In this document: piece after piece, positions 39,301 to 51,108 of the stretch
Numbering within the stretch: position 1 is the first letter of the stretch
Layout: the number at the start of each line of letters is the position of its first letter
Assembly: GCF_037042905.1 (NCBI RefSeq)
Contig: NC_087251.1
Span: 43,526,001 to 43,590,000 of the forward strand
Origin: Lytechinus pictus
Taxonomy: Eukaryota
Direction of reading: 5' to 3'
DNA length: 64,000 bases
Position numbers and translations under genes: made by a program
The notes under the pieces: model-generated
Seen by the model: the letters and a program-made list of their open reading frames with translations, nothing else
Told to the model about the DNA's origin: nothing
Databases searched by the model: none

Positions 39301-41673
39301 AAAAGTAAGTGGTGCTCACTCAAGCGGAAATATTTTTCGACAGTTATATCGTCATTTGCTTAAATGGACCTGTACCAATGTTAAAGTGTGGAAAAATCTT
39401 CAGGATCTTACAAATGTACAATGTTACAGGATTTTTTCTAAGTGTAAACTTTTTTAGATACGCACTGTATAACATGATTTTTACTTTATAGTAATTATAT
39501 AGATATGGATCACTAGCGGATCCAGGGGGGGGGGCGGCCCGTGCCCCCCCCTTGAGAAGCTCAATTAAAATTTGTAATGTAAAAATGCCATTAAAACAGA
39601 GGTGTGCCTCCCCCCCCCCCCCCCTTGAAAGCGATGACCTTTTTTTTTTTTTGCTTGTCAAATGTTTTCGTGGACAAAATGTCCTTAATTTTTGGTCAAA
39701 AACCTGGTTTTTTTTTTGCCTTTTGGAAAATCCTGGATCCGCCCCTGATATGGATGATTCTAAGGATATTAGACAAAATTTCAAAAAAAGAAACAATAAA
39801 CCCATTTTTATTAACTCCTGTCTCAGATTATATGGACTCGGCGCTAGATAATTTTACAGAAGCAGCACATCATTTTGAAATGCGCCTAGCTGATATTGAT
39901 TTAAAAGAGTAAGTGGTTTTGGTGAAATTCACAGTATAATACTACTTAATAAGAGCAATGTTGCCAGTTTGGAAGAAACCCCGATAACTCAACAAGTTTA
40001 TATACGCTAAGGATCACTTTCATTCAGTGAAGGATATATATTTATATCAGTTTAACTTTAGTGCGGGTTGGTTGGATGGAAGATGATTTTGTGAGAAAGA
40101 TTGTGTCTTCCTTTTATGATTGGGTTGGGTAGAAGAAAAGGAGAAATAAAGTATGAGAGCATGAAAAGAATAAGATATAAATAGAGAAGCAGGTAAGAAT
40201 GTAAAAGAGAGAAAAGATAAAAGTAACTGAATTAAATGATAGAATAGGGGGACTGGTAAGAAAGAAAAAAAAAGGGAGAAAAAAGTAAATGTAACTGATT
40301 GAAAAATTTATCATGTGGTGATGATATATGTTTTTTTTTTATGTTAACCTGATTTCGCTACAAAAGCACGTTGATTTTCTTAATAGCATTCCTCTTGTAT
40401 ATCACTTTTTTCAAATAATGAATTAAATTTTACATTACGGTTACAAATTAGGGCAGATTACTACCTGAAACAATTTCATATTGCTTTTATTTTCTTGAAA
40501 GCTTGGTCATTGTTCTCTATCTATTCAGTTCATTTGCAGTGAGACGTGTTAATGATCAGATGATGCAACTTGAACGAGCTTTTATTGATCCAACAGGTCT
40601 TCCAGATAGGAAATGGTTGAGGTAATATCATAGAAAACTATTTTCATTAATAATTACACAGTTAGAAAATTTATCCTTAAAATAAAAGAAGTTCCTGCAG
40701 CAGAGACTCGAGAACACCTGTAATCTTAACAGATTGTGTAATCTTACAGCAAATTGGTATTTGTTGTATGGAACCTTACAAATTTCCTTTGATAAAACAC
40801 CCTTTTCCCCTTTTTAAACAGACCTGTTCTGTTAAATTAAATTGCGGAAAATTCCTGTTTTATGAATTTACAGAATGATTCTGTTATTGCTTTCCGCAAA
40901 ATCTTCTTTTTTTTTGTAAAATCAGGTTTTTTTTAACAGTGTGTATGCAAATAAATTGTATTGGAGTAATATAAACATTATATCAAGTTATCATCTACAT
41001 GTTTATCTAAAAAAAAAAAACAATGTCATAAATAGGTGGCAGAGTCAGCACATCAAACGGTTAATTGTGGAGCAAAGAATAATAAATTAAAGTTGTGCCA
41101 ATAATTTTCCACTCTGGGTAGTTTATTGAAAAGGAAATCCATGCAACCGGTTTAACTGAGCTAAAAGAAATAGAATGACAATGGTTTATTAAACATTCAC
41201 CCGCAGCCAGGGGCTGGATTGCAGAACCTTTTACATCAAGTACAAAAATATGAACAAGAAAAAAAATGTACATGAATACACAATGTTTAATAAATAAAAA
41301 TAGTTATACGATTTTCAAAGACAAACTTGCCTGAATGGGTGGGTACGGGATGGGTATCATGCATTTTTTAAACAAGTATAGACACAGTTTTACCATATGA
41401 AAATATATATTCAAAGCACACACGCATCGATACCAAATAATTTGAAGCAATTTTTCTTCCATTATTCTCTCTTTTAGGCACTTAATATTTGCACCCAGCA
41501 GCATTGATTCCTATGCTGGTTCTGAGTTTCCTGCCGTGGTCGATGCCCTGTATCGTATCGACGACGATCCCGATCAACAGGCTCGATGGGATAATGTGAG
41601 AAAGCAACTAGCAATCTTAACATTCACGATCCAATCAGCGGCCAGCACACTCAGTGACGTCACACAACTGTGA
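27316..41673 (+). CDS. Gene 2: glutamate carboxypeptidase II / NAALADase-family (M28B) paralog, 17 coding exons, ~736 aa
   Basis: Exons: 27316-27524, 28178-28334, 28780-28908, 29800-29928, 30368-30557, 30813-30903, 31429-31518, 32244-32329, 32755-32874, 33153-33235, 33691-33822, 34603-34682, 37417-37507, 37881-38133, 39827-39908, 40529-40621, 41478-41673 (sum 2211 nt). Same phases and nearly the same exon sizes as gene 1. Motifs [44 protein letters not shown] are intact. Confidence 0.93.
29458..29617. mobile_element. Hairpin MITE
   Basis: gcccgtttcataaaggacttgcaactgttgta.ctttgccat..tggcaactaccatgg pairs with the right half, which ends gaaacgggcccc. Confidence 0.8.
30134..30266 (+). mobile_element. 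Truncated copy of the hAT-type MITE at 39511-39747
   Basis: cactggcggatccagggggg...caattaaaatttgtaatgtaaaaatgcc is shared with 39511-39640. Confidence 0.7.
31921..32018. repeat. 98-bp palindrome with 1-nt loop
   Basis: aaagaatcatatttacaaagta...aatatgactaaacattgg t ccaatgtttagtcatatt...tactttgtaaatatgattcttt. Confidence 0.85.
34957..37308. mobile_element. hAT-type non-autonomous element (outer, carries a nested insertion)
   Basis: TIRs catgggtgtcgatc / gatcgacacccatg. 8-bp TSD GTCACTTA at 34949-34956 and 37309-37316. Confidence 0.85.
35082..36187. mobile_element. hAT-type non-autonomous element nested in 34957-37308
   Basis: TIRs cagtggcgta / tacgccactg. 8-bp TSD TGTTCTTG at 35074-35081 and 36188-36195. 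Internal gcgagcgcgaagcgcgagc repeats. Confidence 0.87.
38483..39467. mobile_element. Tc1/mariner-type non-autonomous element
   Basis: TIRs cagtgcgtatc.aaaaaagtttaca / tgtaaacttttttagatacgcactg, flanked by TA on both sides. Confidence 0.85.
39511..39747. mobile_element. hAT-type MITE
   Basis: Termini cactagcggatccagg / cctggatccgcccctg. 8-bp TSD ATATGGAT at 39503-39510 and 39748-39755. Confidence 0.85.
40657..40941 (+). mobile_element. MITE (CAC.GTTA...TAACAGTG), second copy at 48371-48695
   Basis: gttagaaaatttatccttaaaataaaagaagttcctgc is shared, and the similarity extends along the whole length. Confidence 0.8.
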
Positions 41674-41813
41674 TTTTCTCATCCAATCAAACGCCAGTAA
41701 GCCCCGGGAACGTACGAAATTGCAGCTTTCCGTATCCAGTCTTCGGCCAGTACACTCATTGACGTCACACAAATTCAGCAGGATTTCCTACTGGTATCTA
41801 ACTACTTACCAAT

Positions 41814-42131
41814 AGGGTGATATCGCACAGTGACGGACGGAGGATTCAAGAACATAGAAAATGTATTGTCAAATGCCCATCATGACAAAAAACAACCATG
41901 AAGTCTTTGTCGACAATTGGTGAATCAAAATGGTAGTTTCGTCCTGGACTCTGGACAAACGACATTATTTGCAAATTTTCGTCAGCTCCGAAACTTAGGT
42001 CGATAATGTTGTTCCGGTTCACCAGTTTTCGCTGTACTTTGTCATTTGCTGTACTTTGTCATTTGACGGGAATTTTCCGTACATTTACTGTGTTCTTGAA
42101 TCATCCGTACGTCGCCGAGCAAAAACTCCCT
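41814..42131 (-). mobile_element. MITE just downstream of the gene 2 stop, inverted homolog of 26886-27173
   Basis: ttttcgtcagctccgaaacttagg here is the reverse complement of cctaagtttcggagctgacgaaaa at ~27023. The termini are shared. Confidence 0.7.
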
Positions 42132-42861
42132 CTTACTTCCATTATTACGCACAACTTCAACTTTCCCTGACCAGTCAGTTTAGGTGCTACTTCTCTTTTT
42201 CTATTATTTTTTTTTCTGTCTTCCTTCCTTTCTTACTTTGTTTCTTATTTGTTTCTTTCTTTCTACCCTTTTATCCTCTCTTTCTTTCTTTCTTTCTTTC
42301 TTCCATTCTTTCTTTCTTTCTTATTCTTCTTCCACAATATATGGGAGATACAATAACTTCAAGCGCTTGAACCATTTTTTGATGTATTATAAATTGTTGT
42401 TTTTCTTGTGATTGGAAAATAGCTGGGGGCTTCCCAGCAGGATATTGAAATAAACAATTAAAATGAAATGAAATAATAATGATTTTTGGTATGATTTATG
42501 TCTCGTTATACATTATCTGGTACGGTGTTTTTTTTTCTTCCTGTTTTGGGGGTTGTTATACCTCTTCAATGCTCTACCCATCGACAGCATGTAGGCCAAC
42601 ATATATATAATCACAAATGAGTGAACAAAACCATTGTTATTGAGGGAGTTGTATGTGTCTTTTCGATTGAATTTGATTTTTTGTATACAAATAAAATAAT
42701 GTGAAAACATGGTCGATTCATAGATCGTGATTTGATGCAGAGGTTGCCGGGATGATACTTGAAGTCAACCTATCTTATTATAGTGCTTATGAGATAAAAA
42801 AAAATCACAATAGTGATATCACAATCGGGATAGATTGACTAGCACAATTTCTCAACAAATT

Positions 42862-42899
42862 GTTACTACTACTACTTCTTACTACTTCTACTACTACTG

Positions 42900-42930
<31 letters not shown>

Positions 42931-42968
42931 TACTACTACTACTACTACTACTAATTCTACTACTACTT

Positions 42969-42999
<31 letters not shown>

Positions 43000-43111
43000 T
43001 ACTACTACTACTACTTCTACTACTACTACTTTTACTACCACCACTTCTACTACTTCCACTACTACTTTACTACTTCTACTACTACTACTTCTACTACTAC
43101 TACTACTACTT

Positions 43112-43163
<52 letters not shown>

Positions 43164-43356
43164 TACTTCTACTACTTCTACTTCTTCTTCTACTACTACT
43201 ACTACTATTAATTCTACTACTACTTTTACTATTACTACTACTTCTACTACTACTACTACTACTACTACCACTTCTACTACTACTCATACTACTACCACTA
43301 CTGTTATAATTACTATAGAAATACTATCAGTACTATTATTACTACTACTACTACTT

Positions 43357-43389
<33 letters not shown>

Positions 43390-43522
43390 TCTCTAACACT
43401 AATACTATTAAACTACTTCTACAAATAGTAGAAGTAGAAGTAGTAGTAGTAGTAATACTACTATTACTACTACTACTACTATTACTACTACTACTACAAG
43501 TAGTAGTAGTAGTATTAGTAGA

Positions 43523-43573
<51 letters not shown>

Positions 43574-43592
43574 TTTAGTAGAAGAAGAAGTA
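42862..43592. repeat. Long (CTA)n tract followed by inverted (TAG)n tract
   Basis: About 560 bp of ctactacta/cttcta, then about 165 bp of gtagtagta. Confidence 0.95.
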
Positions 43593-45308
43593 CAGTGCCG
43601 GCCGCAGGAAACGTCACGCCCGAGCACGCAAACACCCTAGGGGGCTTTCGCGTCTAACCGAGGGTATTCAAGGGGGGCAGACTATTAGCCGCGCCGGCAG
43701 TTTCCTGCGTGCTCTATAATATTGGCCGTGCCCGCACTTATCCTAGGGTAGCCTAGGGTACGTACATTGCATTATCTTCACATGTGCTTGTACTTTGGTT
43801 ATCTTGTGATAGACCATTATGTTTTTAAACTAGCGTGATCGGAATCTATTGTAGATTAATTTTTTTTTATTTTAGATGTTATTTGTTTTCTTTTCTTTCA
43901 TTTTTTAAATTCTGTTTTCCCTTTTAATTATTTTCTTTATTCCTTCTTTCCCTTTCTTCCTTCCTTGCTTCCTTCCTGTTTTCTTCAGTCTTTGTTTCTT
44001 TCAAATATTGAAGGAATTATTTTTCTTTCTTTCTTTCTTTTCTTTTCCTCCATTTTTTTTACCTTCTCTTTTCTCTCCGTATGTTTTTTTCTTTCACACA
44101 TTTATTCACCTTCCCTTCCTTTATTTTAGTTCTTTCTTTCTTTATTCATTTCAAGTAATGACGGAAACCGTTATCTGTCTTTTATTCTTTCTTTCATCCT
44201 TTTATTCAAACTTTTTTCCTTTTAATTTTTCCTTATTTTTTTTCTTTCCTTACAATTCATTTTTGTTTCCTCATTTTTTTTTCTCTTTTCTTTCTTCTGC
44301 TCACCCTCCCTTCCCCTTTCTTAATATGTTTTGTTATCAAGTCTAACATTGTGTAGTTTTTTTGTTGATTTTTTGGCCTGGCTCGGTCGATCCGATGGTA
44401 CATAGTGCATTGTCGATTGTCCCGTATTTAATTTTGTGTAATCTCGTCACCCTGGCTGGAACATCGAATTTATTATTTTTCATTTACCGCAATGAATCTA
44501 ATCAATTAATCTAATTTGATGCATTAGGTAAACTTTTTTTCCTTACGCATTACGTGGGAGACATACATGTATCATACAAACTTGTATTAAAAAAAAATAG
44601 GAAACAATTGAGATTTATGTCATGAAAATCAATTCTCTATCTTTTGGGATGAGTTTTTTTTTCTCCATACGTACCCATTCCTCTCCCTTCAGCGTGAACT
44701 ATACACCTAATCCCATCTCCTTATGAACAGTGTAAGAACTAGAAAACATTTGAAACATTCTTCCTTGAGTTTTAACGGGGTGCACAGGGTGGAATTAGGA
44801 AAGAAGAAAGAAAGGCATATCAACAACAAAAAAGAATTAAAATAGATAAAAGACATTAATAAGCAGACTTGATTTTTTTTTGTAAATCAAAATTGACAAG
44901 TTATTAACAGAGTGAATGTTAACAAACATTAATGACAAACTTAAAATAAAACAGAATAATGAATATCAAGGGCATTTGCGAATTCTCATTATGTTAAAAC
45001 AAACGTGCGGTCAATATTGGGATCGTCAATTCGTTGACATGGTTGATAAAACCCTAATAAAGGGAATGAAAGGTACGTGAAAATGAATACTAGTATGACC
45101 AAGATCATACAAAGTAGACGTGCAAAAAGCGAACACCAGCAAAACTGGTCGTGCTCATCGATTTGTTATTTGGTTCTTTTGTTATTGTCAACAGTCTGGT
45201 AGAGTCTTGCTCCCCGCCCACACCTTTGATCTCCTTTGATCACATCTGCTTCCCAATTTATGACAGGATGTTCATAGAAATGGGGGGGGGGGATTAATTT
45301 GTTGATGC

Positions 45309-45358
45309 GTAGTAGTAGTAGTAATAGCAGTACCAGCAGCAGCAGTAGTAGTAGTAGC

Positions 45359-45395
<37 letters not shown>

Positions 45396-45538
45396 TTGGT
45401 AGTAGTAGTAGTAGTAGTAATAGCAGTACCAGCAGCAGCAGTAGTAGTAGTAGCAGCAGCAGTATTATAGTAGCAGTAGTAGTAGTAGTAGTAGTAGGTG
45501 ATGTTGTTGTTGCTGTTGTAGTAGTAGTAGTAGTAGTG

Positions 45539-45580
<42 letters not shown>

Positions 45581-45625
45581 ATAATAATACTACTATAGTA
45601 GTAGTAGTACTACTACTAGTAGTAA
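45309..45625. repeat. (TAG/CAG)n microsatellite
   Basis: Runs of agtagtagt and agcagcagc. Confidence 0.95.
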
Positions 45626-46511
45626 GAATATTACTACACTTACTTCATCTACTACTATCACCACCTCTACTTTTAATTCTTTTTCTCTTTCCCTTGATTT
45701 TACTTCAAAACTTTACTACCACCACCTCACAGATATTATATCTATATCACAGATTTGTCCTCAATTGTGCACAGTTATTGTATATTTGAAAATGAATATC
45801 CTATTTGCGACATGCATTCAACGTAGACGCCCAGTGGCCCGACGCGGCTCAACCAACCGTGCTCAACTCGTGAAATTACTTCAAGTTATGATCATATCGT
45901 GCAAACAAATACCAAATTGCCAAAAAATTTATGTATTCTGCGTTGAAATGTAAACATAATGTAATCTTGGTAAATAGATTCTTTTGTGCTCTTTATTCTC
46001 TGAACTTGTTGAATGAATCATACAGAACTGAATATTGGTGTTCGTGACGCCCATTTATATGTTACAGGAGGAGTATTCTCTGGGTCAGCAATAGCGCGGA
46101 ATCCATTGGGATTCATAATTCACATTTCATATCAATTGGGATATAGTGCAGAGTGCATAGAAAATTGAACTCTTGAGAATGTATATTATTGATTACTTTT
46201 TAACCGCAAGAAATACCTTGACGTAGTTTTGTAACCAGTGGCACGTATAATTGTGAATAGTTGTTGTTGTGGAACAGGTAGGGCATTCCAACCTTGACTC
46301 TCAAAAATATAGGCCAATCTGGTATTGCATTGCGGTGGAAAACGGAACACAACTTTTGGTGGTTTATTCACATCTACGCACTAGGACTATAACTTACTAA
46401 AACCCCTGTACAGATTAAAGAGTATTCAATCAAACTTTGCTGAGCTATCGGGGTTATGTACTGGTGTAGCAGAGGTTAGGCCTATCATACACCCCGTCTA
46501 GAGTAGTCATC

Positions 46512-49500
46512 ATGCAGTCTCAGACAAGAGTGTTGATATTTGTCGCCGTGTTCGTGGGTATCGGTTCGTTCGTGTTTGGAATTCTTATCGGACATTTCGG
46601 CATCCCCGACGGTTCGTGCTCTACCTCGCCGTCGTCGTCGCAACCGACCACCACACCGACCGAAAATGAGACCATTAGCGAGCTGATGATCGCGGAGTGT
46701 TCGGCAGAAAACATAGAGGAGAATGTTAGGTAGATTAAAACTTCAATCTTACTGTAATGAGATATTTGTCGTCATGGCAAGGTAGAATTTTCAAATGTAC
46801 CATTAATTTTCCACAGTCAAACATAATATATAGGAACAAAGGTTATATACCAGAAGGGTGTTTCATGAAACTGTTCGTAAGTTACGAGCTACTTTACGAG
46901 GCTCGGGATCCTGTCTTGTGGTAAATGATATAGGCCTAAACCAGATTTGCGGAGGTGTTGATTTAGTTGGGGTTTTTTTTGTTCAAGGAAGGGTTACTCT
47001 AGTTCGTAAAGTCGTCGTAACTTACAAACAGCTTTATGAAACACCTTTACCTGCTTGAATATACAATTGCCACTTCTGTTGGATTAAAGTGTCATGCAGG
47101 TTGAGTGAAATTAGATGTAGCGACGTTTTATTATTTCATACCTCACTCAGAGGGTCTGATTGGCCATTTTCATTTTTATGATAGGCCTATTTAATTACAA
47201 TATGTCAGTGTGATATTATGGCTAATATAAATAGGAGCGAGACTTTTTCAAGAATGAAGTGAATAAAACTAAAATTATATGACAGATATTCATATTTGGA
47301 TACTCCTCTTTTACAGCTATACCTGATGATTATTAAAGACTTTTACTTCACAGCGCACAGCAAGAATTAAGCACGGTTTTTATTTCAGCTAGGTAAATGA
47401 ATTTGGTATGTTTTGTTTCTTTGTTAAAGGAATAGGCGTATAGGCATAGTGGTTGAATTGGTATATAATGGAATGTTTGGAATAAAATTGTTAAACTGTT
47501 GCATTCTGGGACTCTTTTGGTAACATGGAAACTTTTGATTCGTTTTAGGACAACTGTTTAATGTAAGTAAGCCATCAAACCAAACCTCTAAACAGAGGGA
47601 TTCGTTGAGAAAGTATCCAACACTCCTTTGGTCCTCTCTTAATATAGACAATTAAGCAGACGACCTCATATGGCGGGAACACCAGCTGAAAAGGAGAATG
47701 CTGAGATGCTTGTCGATCTCTGGACCGAGTACGGATTCGATTCGGTTCGGTTACTATCCTACGATGTACTCTTAGCTTATCCGGATCCGGAAAATCCGAA
47801 CAAGGTAAGAGTGCAATAAGTATTTTATCGTTTATTTCTTGCAATTATGAGTTGATAATTGCTTATTAAAATAACACAAGCGAAAAAAATCTTCATTATA
47901 TTCATTTACCCTCTACAATAAGTCTACATCCGCAATCAGGAAGTTCTTTAGTCTTGGGCGTATATGCATGAATTAATGTCTTTCTTTCGTATCATATCGC
48001 TCTTTTCTGACATTAAGTAATATCTCTATAAATAGTCACCCCTCGTCTCGCACTTTTCTATTGATCGCGCGAATTTCGCTGCTGTATTTTTGGAATAAAA
48101 AAGCCACCATCGAGATATCATAATCCATACTGTTGTCATTTCAATTTTAAATCCCTAAGGTGATGATAACAGACAATGGAGTACCTGTCTTCACCAGTGC
48201 TCTGACCGAGGCTGTTCTCCGACCTGAGGATAATGATACAGATGCTGTACCACCGTTCAATGCATACTCAGCACAGGGAGAACCAGAGGTATGTTCCATA
48301 TAGTTTACCAAACTAATTGGACGCACAATGCAAAAACTCCGGTGTTGATTAAACACAAGCCCGGAATCTACACTGTTAGAAAATTTATCCTTAAAATAAA
48401 AGAAGTTCCTGCGACAGAGTTTCGAGAATACCTGGTATCTTACCAGATTGCGTAATCTTACAGGAAAATTGGTATTTGGTGTATGGAATCTTACAAATTT
48501 CCTTAAATAAATCACCCTTTTCCCCTTTTTAAACAGACCTGTTCTGTTAAATACCCTTTAACAGAAAACAGAAAAATTTATGTTTTATAATTTACCAATT
48601 ATGTTCCTGTTTTATGAATTTACAGAATGATTCTGTTATTGCTTTTTGCAAAATCTTCCCTTTTTTTCTGTAAAATCAGGGTTTTTTTAACAGTGTATAT
48701 ATATGTCCACACCAGAGAAGTTTTAAAACAACAACAGTTTGGAATCAAACCGATGCTGTTTTGATACTAATTGGTGTTGTATAAACACCTATCTGGTGTT
48801 AGACCAAAAGGAAACTGGTGTTGTTTAACACTTCTCTGGTGTGGACATGAAAAATATATATTCCGGGCTAGTGTTAAATCAACACCAGAGTTTTCACAAT
48901 GCATGTTAAAAAAGACTTGCATATATGTACAATCACTCATGTACAGGAAACCAAAGTCCCGCTCAATATAATCATGATAATGTTCAATTAAAAAAAAACA
49001 TTTCCAAAGACTAGCATACATTTTTGCCATGATTGCCGTAATAAAAAAGAGCGGCGTTGGGGAAGACATTTTTTCTTTCTTCCTTTTTGTTTACACAAAG
49101 ACCGACGTAAATTCGTCACTCTCGTTGACGAATATATTGATAATGATTAATTCGTCTATATTTACGACTCCCTATACAGTATAACACCTGCAGCAAAGAG
49201 TGCTTCGTTTTATGATATTTGTCCACCAACCAACTTTCTTAACACACTTCTTATAGGGTCCTCTGGTCTACGCCAACTATGGCACTGCTGATGATTTCGA
49301 CTGGCTTGCCAAGAATCGACCTGATATCGATATCAACGGGGCAATCGTCATCGTCAAATATGGAAACAACTTCCGTGGACAAAAGGTAATGTATTTTGTA
49401 GATGTCTAATGTTATCTTGATTATTCTTGTCTCATCTAGAGCAGATATGTAACAGCAGATAGATTATAATGTCGATAAACCTGACAGATTCACATAGCTG

Positions 49501-51072
49501 TAAGTGTTTTCTTACAGCATAATACATTATAAAACAGGAATGCATTAATATTTAAAATAGTTTTTCATCAAGTTGAAAAGGAACTTGCAACTCGATGATC
49601 GGAGGAAATAATTACAAAGCAACCTCTTGATTAACACTTCATTCATTCTCCCTTTTCTGTATTTCTCAATCTTTTGAGTTAGGTTTATAACGCACAAAAA
49701 GCAGGTGCTGCAGGAGTCATTATGTATTCGGATCCGGTCAACCATGCACATGATGGTACCGAGGCGGTCTATCCGAATGATTGGTGGCTACCGGATAGCG
49801 GTGTGCAAAGGGGAAACGTGTTTGTTGGAAGTGGAAAAGGAGATCCGGTTACTCCCGGGTATCCGGCTAAACGTGAGTATTCATGGTATTCAGAATATTA
49901 TAACTCAGTTTTCAATATTTCGCAATCACTTCGGTTAGGTTGTAAACGCCCAAATAGCAGGTGCTATTGGAGTTATCATGTATTCGGATCCGAGTAACCA
50001 TGCACATGAAGGCACCGAGGTGGTCTATCCGAATGATTGGTGGCTACCGGATAGCGGTGTGCAAAGAGGGACTGTATTTGTTGGAAGTTCAAGTGGGGAT
50101 CCGGTCACTCCAGGATATCCGTCTAAACGTGAGAATTCGCCAATTCATTTTCTTAAATGTTCTGTGTGCCTTCACCTTTCATGTTGTGCCAATTCACCTA
50201 GTCCATAACCAATACATGTTTAATTATACGGCCGTAGGTAACCTATCTCTGATACCATCGGGCTCTCTTTACTCTTCCTTTAACCTCTATCCTCGAAACG
50301 TAATTACTGACTTGTAACCTTATTAGATTGTTCATTCACTCATTATAGAAGTTCTTCATTCGCGACTCATCTCTATAGCAGAATCACTTTTTTTTCCAAA
50401 CCATAAATGATAGATGAAAGAAATGGTGCATTAAAAAAACAAGATGTCTCTTCCTTCTCAAAATTTTGATTAATCGTCAAAATCTGAATCCCGGTCCTAC
50501 AACCTCCCCGTGTCCTCAGGATCGGGTCAACTATACCTATCCTTTCAATAGAAATCGCGAGACCCTGTTGACCTCTCTAATGAGACGTTGGTATAATATA
50601 TCGCATTCAAGATTGGAATCTAAAAACATATACTTCGATACGATTTCATTATTCATAAAACTCTTATAACTTTGTATTGTGTTCATATCTTTAATCATCA
50701 GCATTTATGTACCGGTTAAACGAATCGGATCCCTCATTACCCACAATCCCGGTTCATCCGATCTCATATGGTGATGCACAACAGTTGTTGAGGTGGGTAG
50801 GAACGCTTTTTTATTATAAAAAAAGGTCCCCTTTTCAGGTAATTGAATTTAAGAAGAGCATGGTTTATTAGAGATATATAACAGAATACAACGAATTGCA
50901 CATGTTTACAATGATGTAACATGTAAAGTCACATTTAAATTGAAAACAGATCATTGCTCTGAGAATGAAGATTCCTTGGGTCCAAAGATGAGTCGATATG
51001 AATTGGTTATTTTAAGATGACTGAAAACCAGCGACAGACTCTCACGCAATTTTGGCAAGGAAAGCCTCGGAC

Positions 51073-51108
<36 letters not shown>

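Noticed and set aside
42805..43635. Long poly-Ser/Thr/Leu/Val ORFs
   Set aside because: These are translations of (CTA)n/(TAG)n microsatellites. The same applies to ORFs at 19446-19670, 24920-25287 and 45299-45598.
49683..50128. Both exon 5 copies included as an internal protein repeat
   Set aside because: The 190-nt exons are frame-incompatible. Splicing them together, or retaining the 66-nt intron, ends at TAA 49995-49997.
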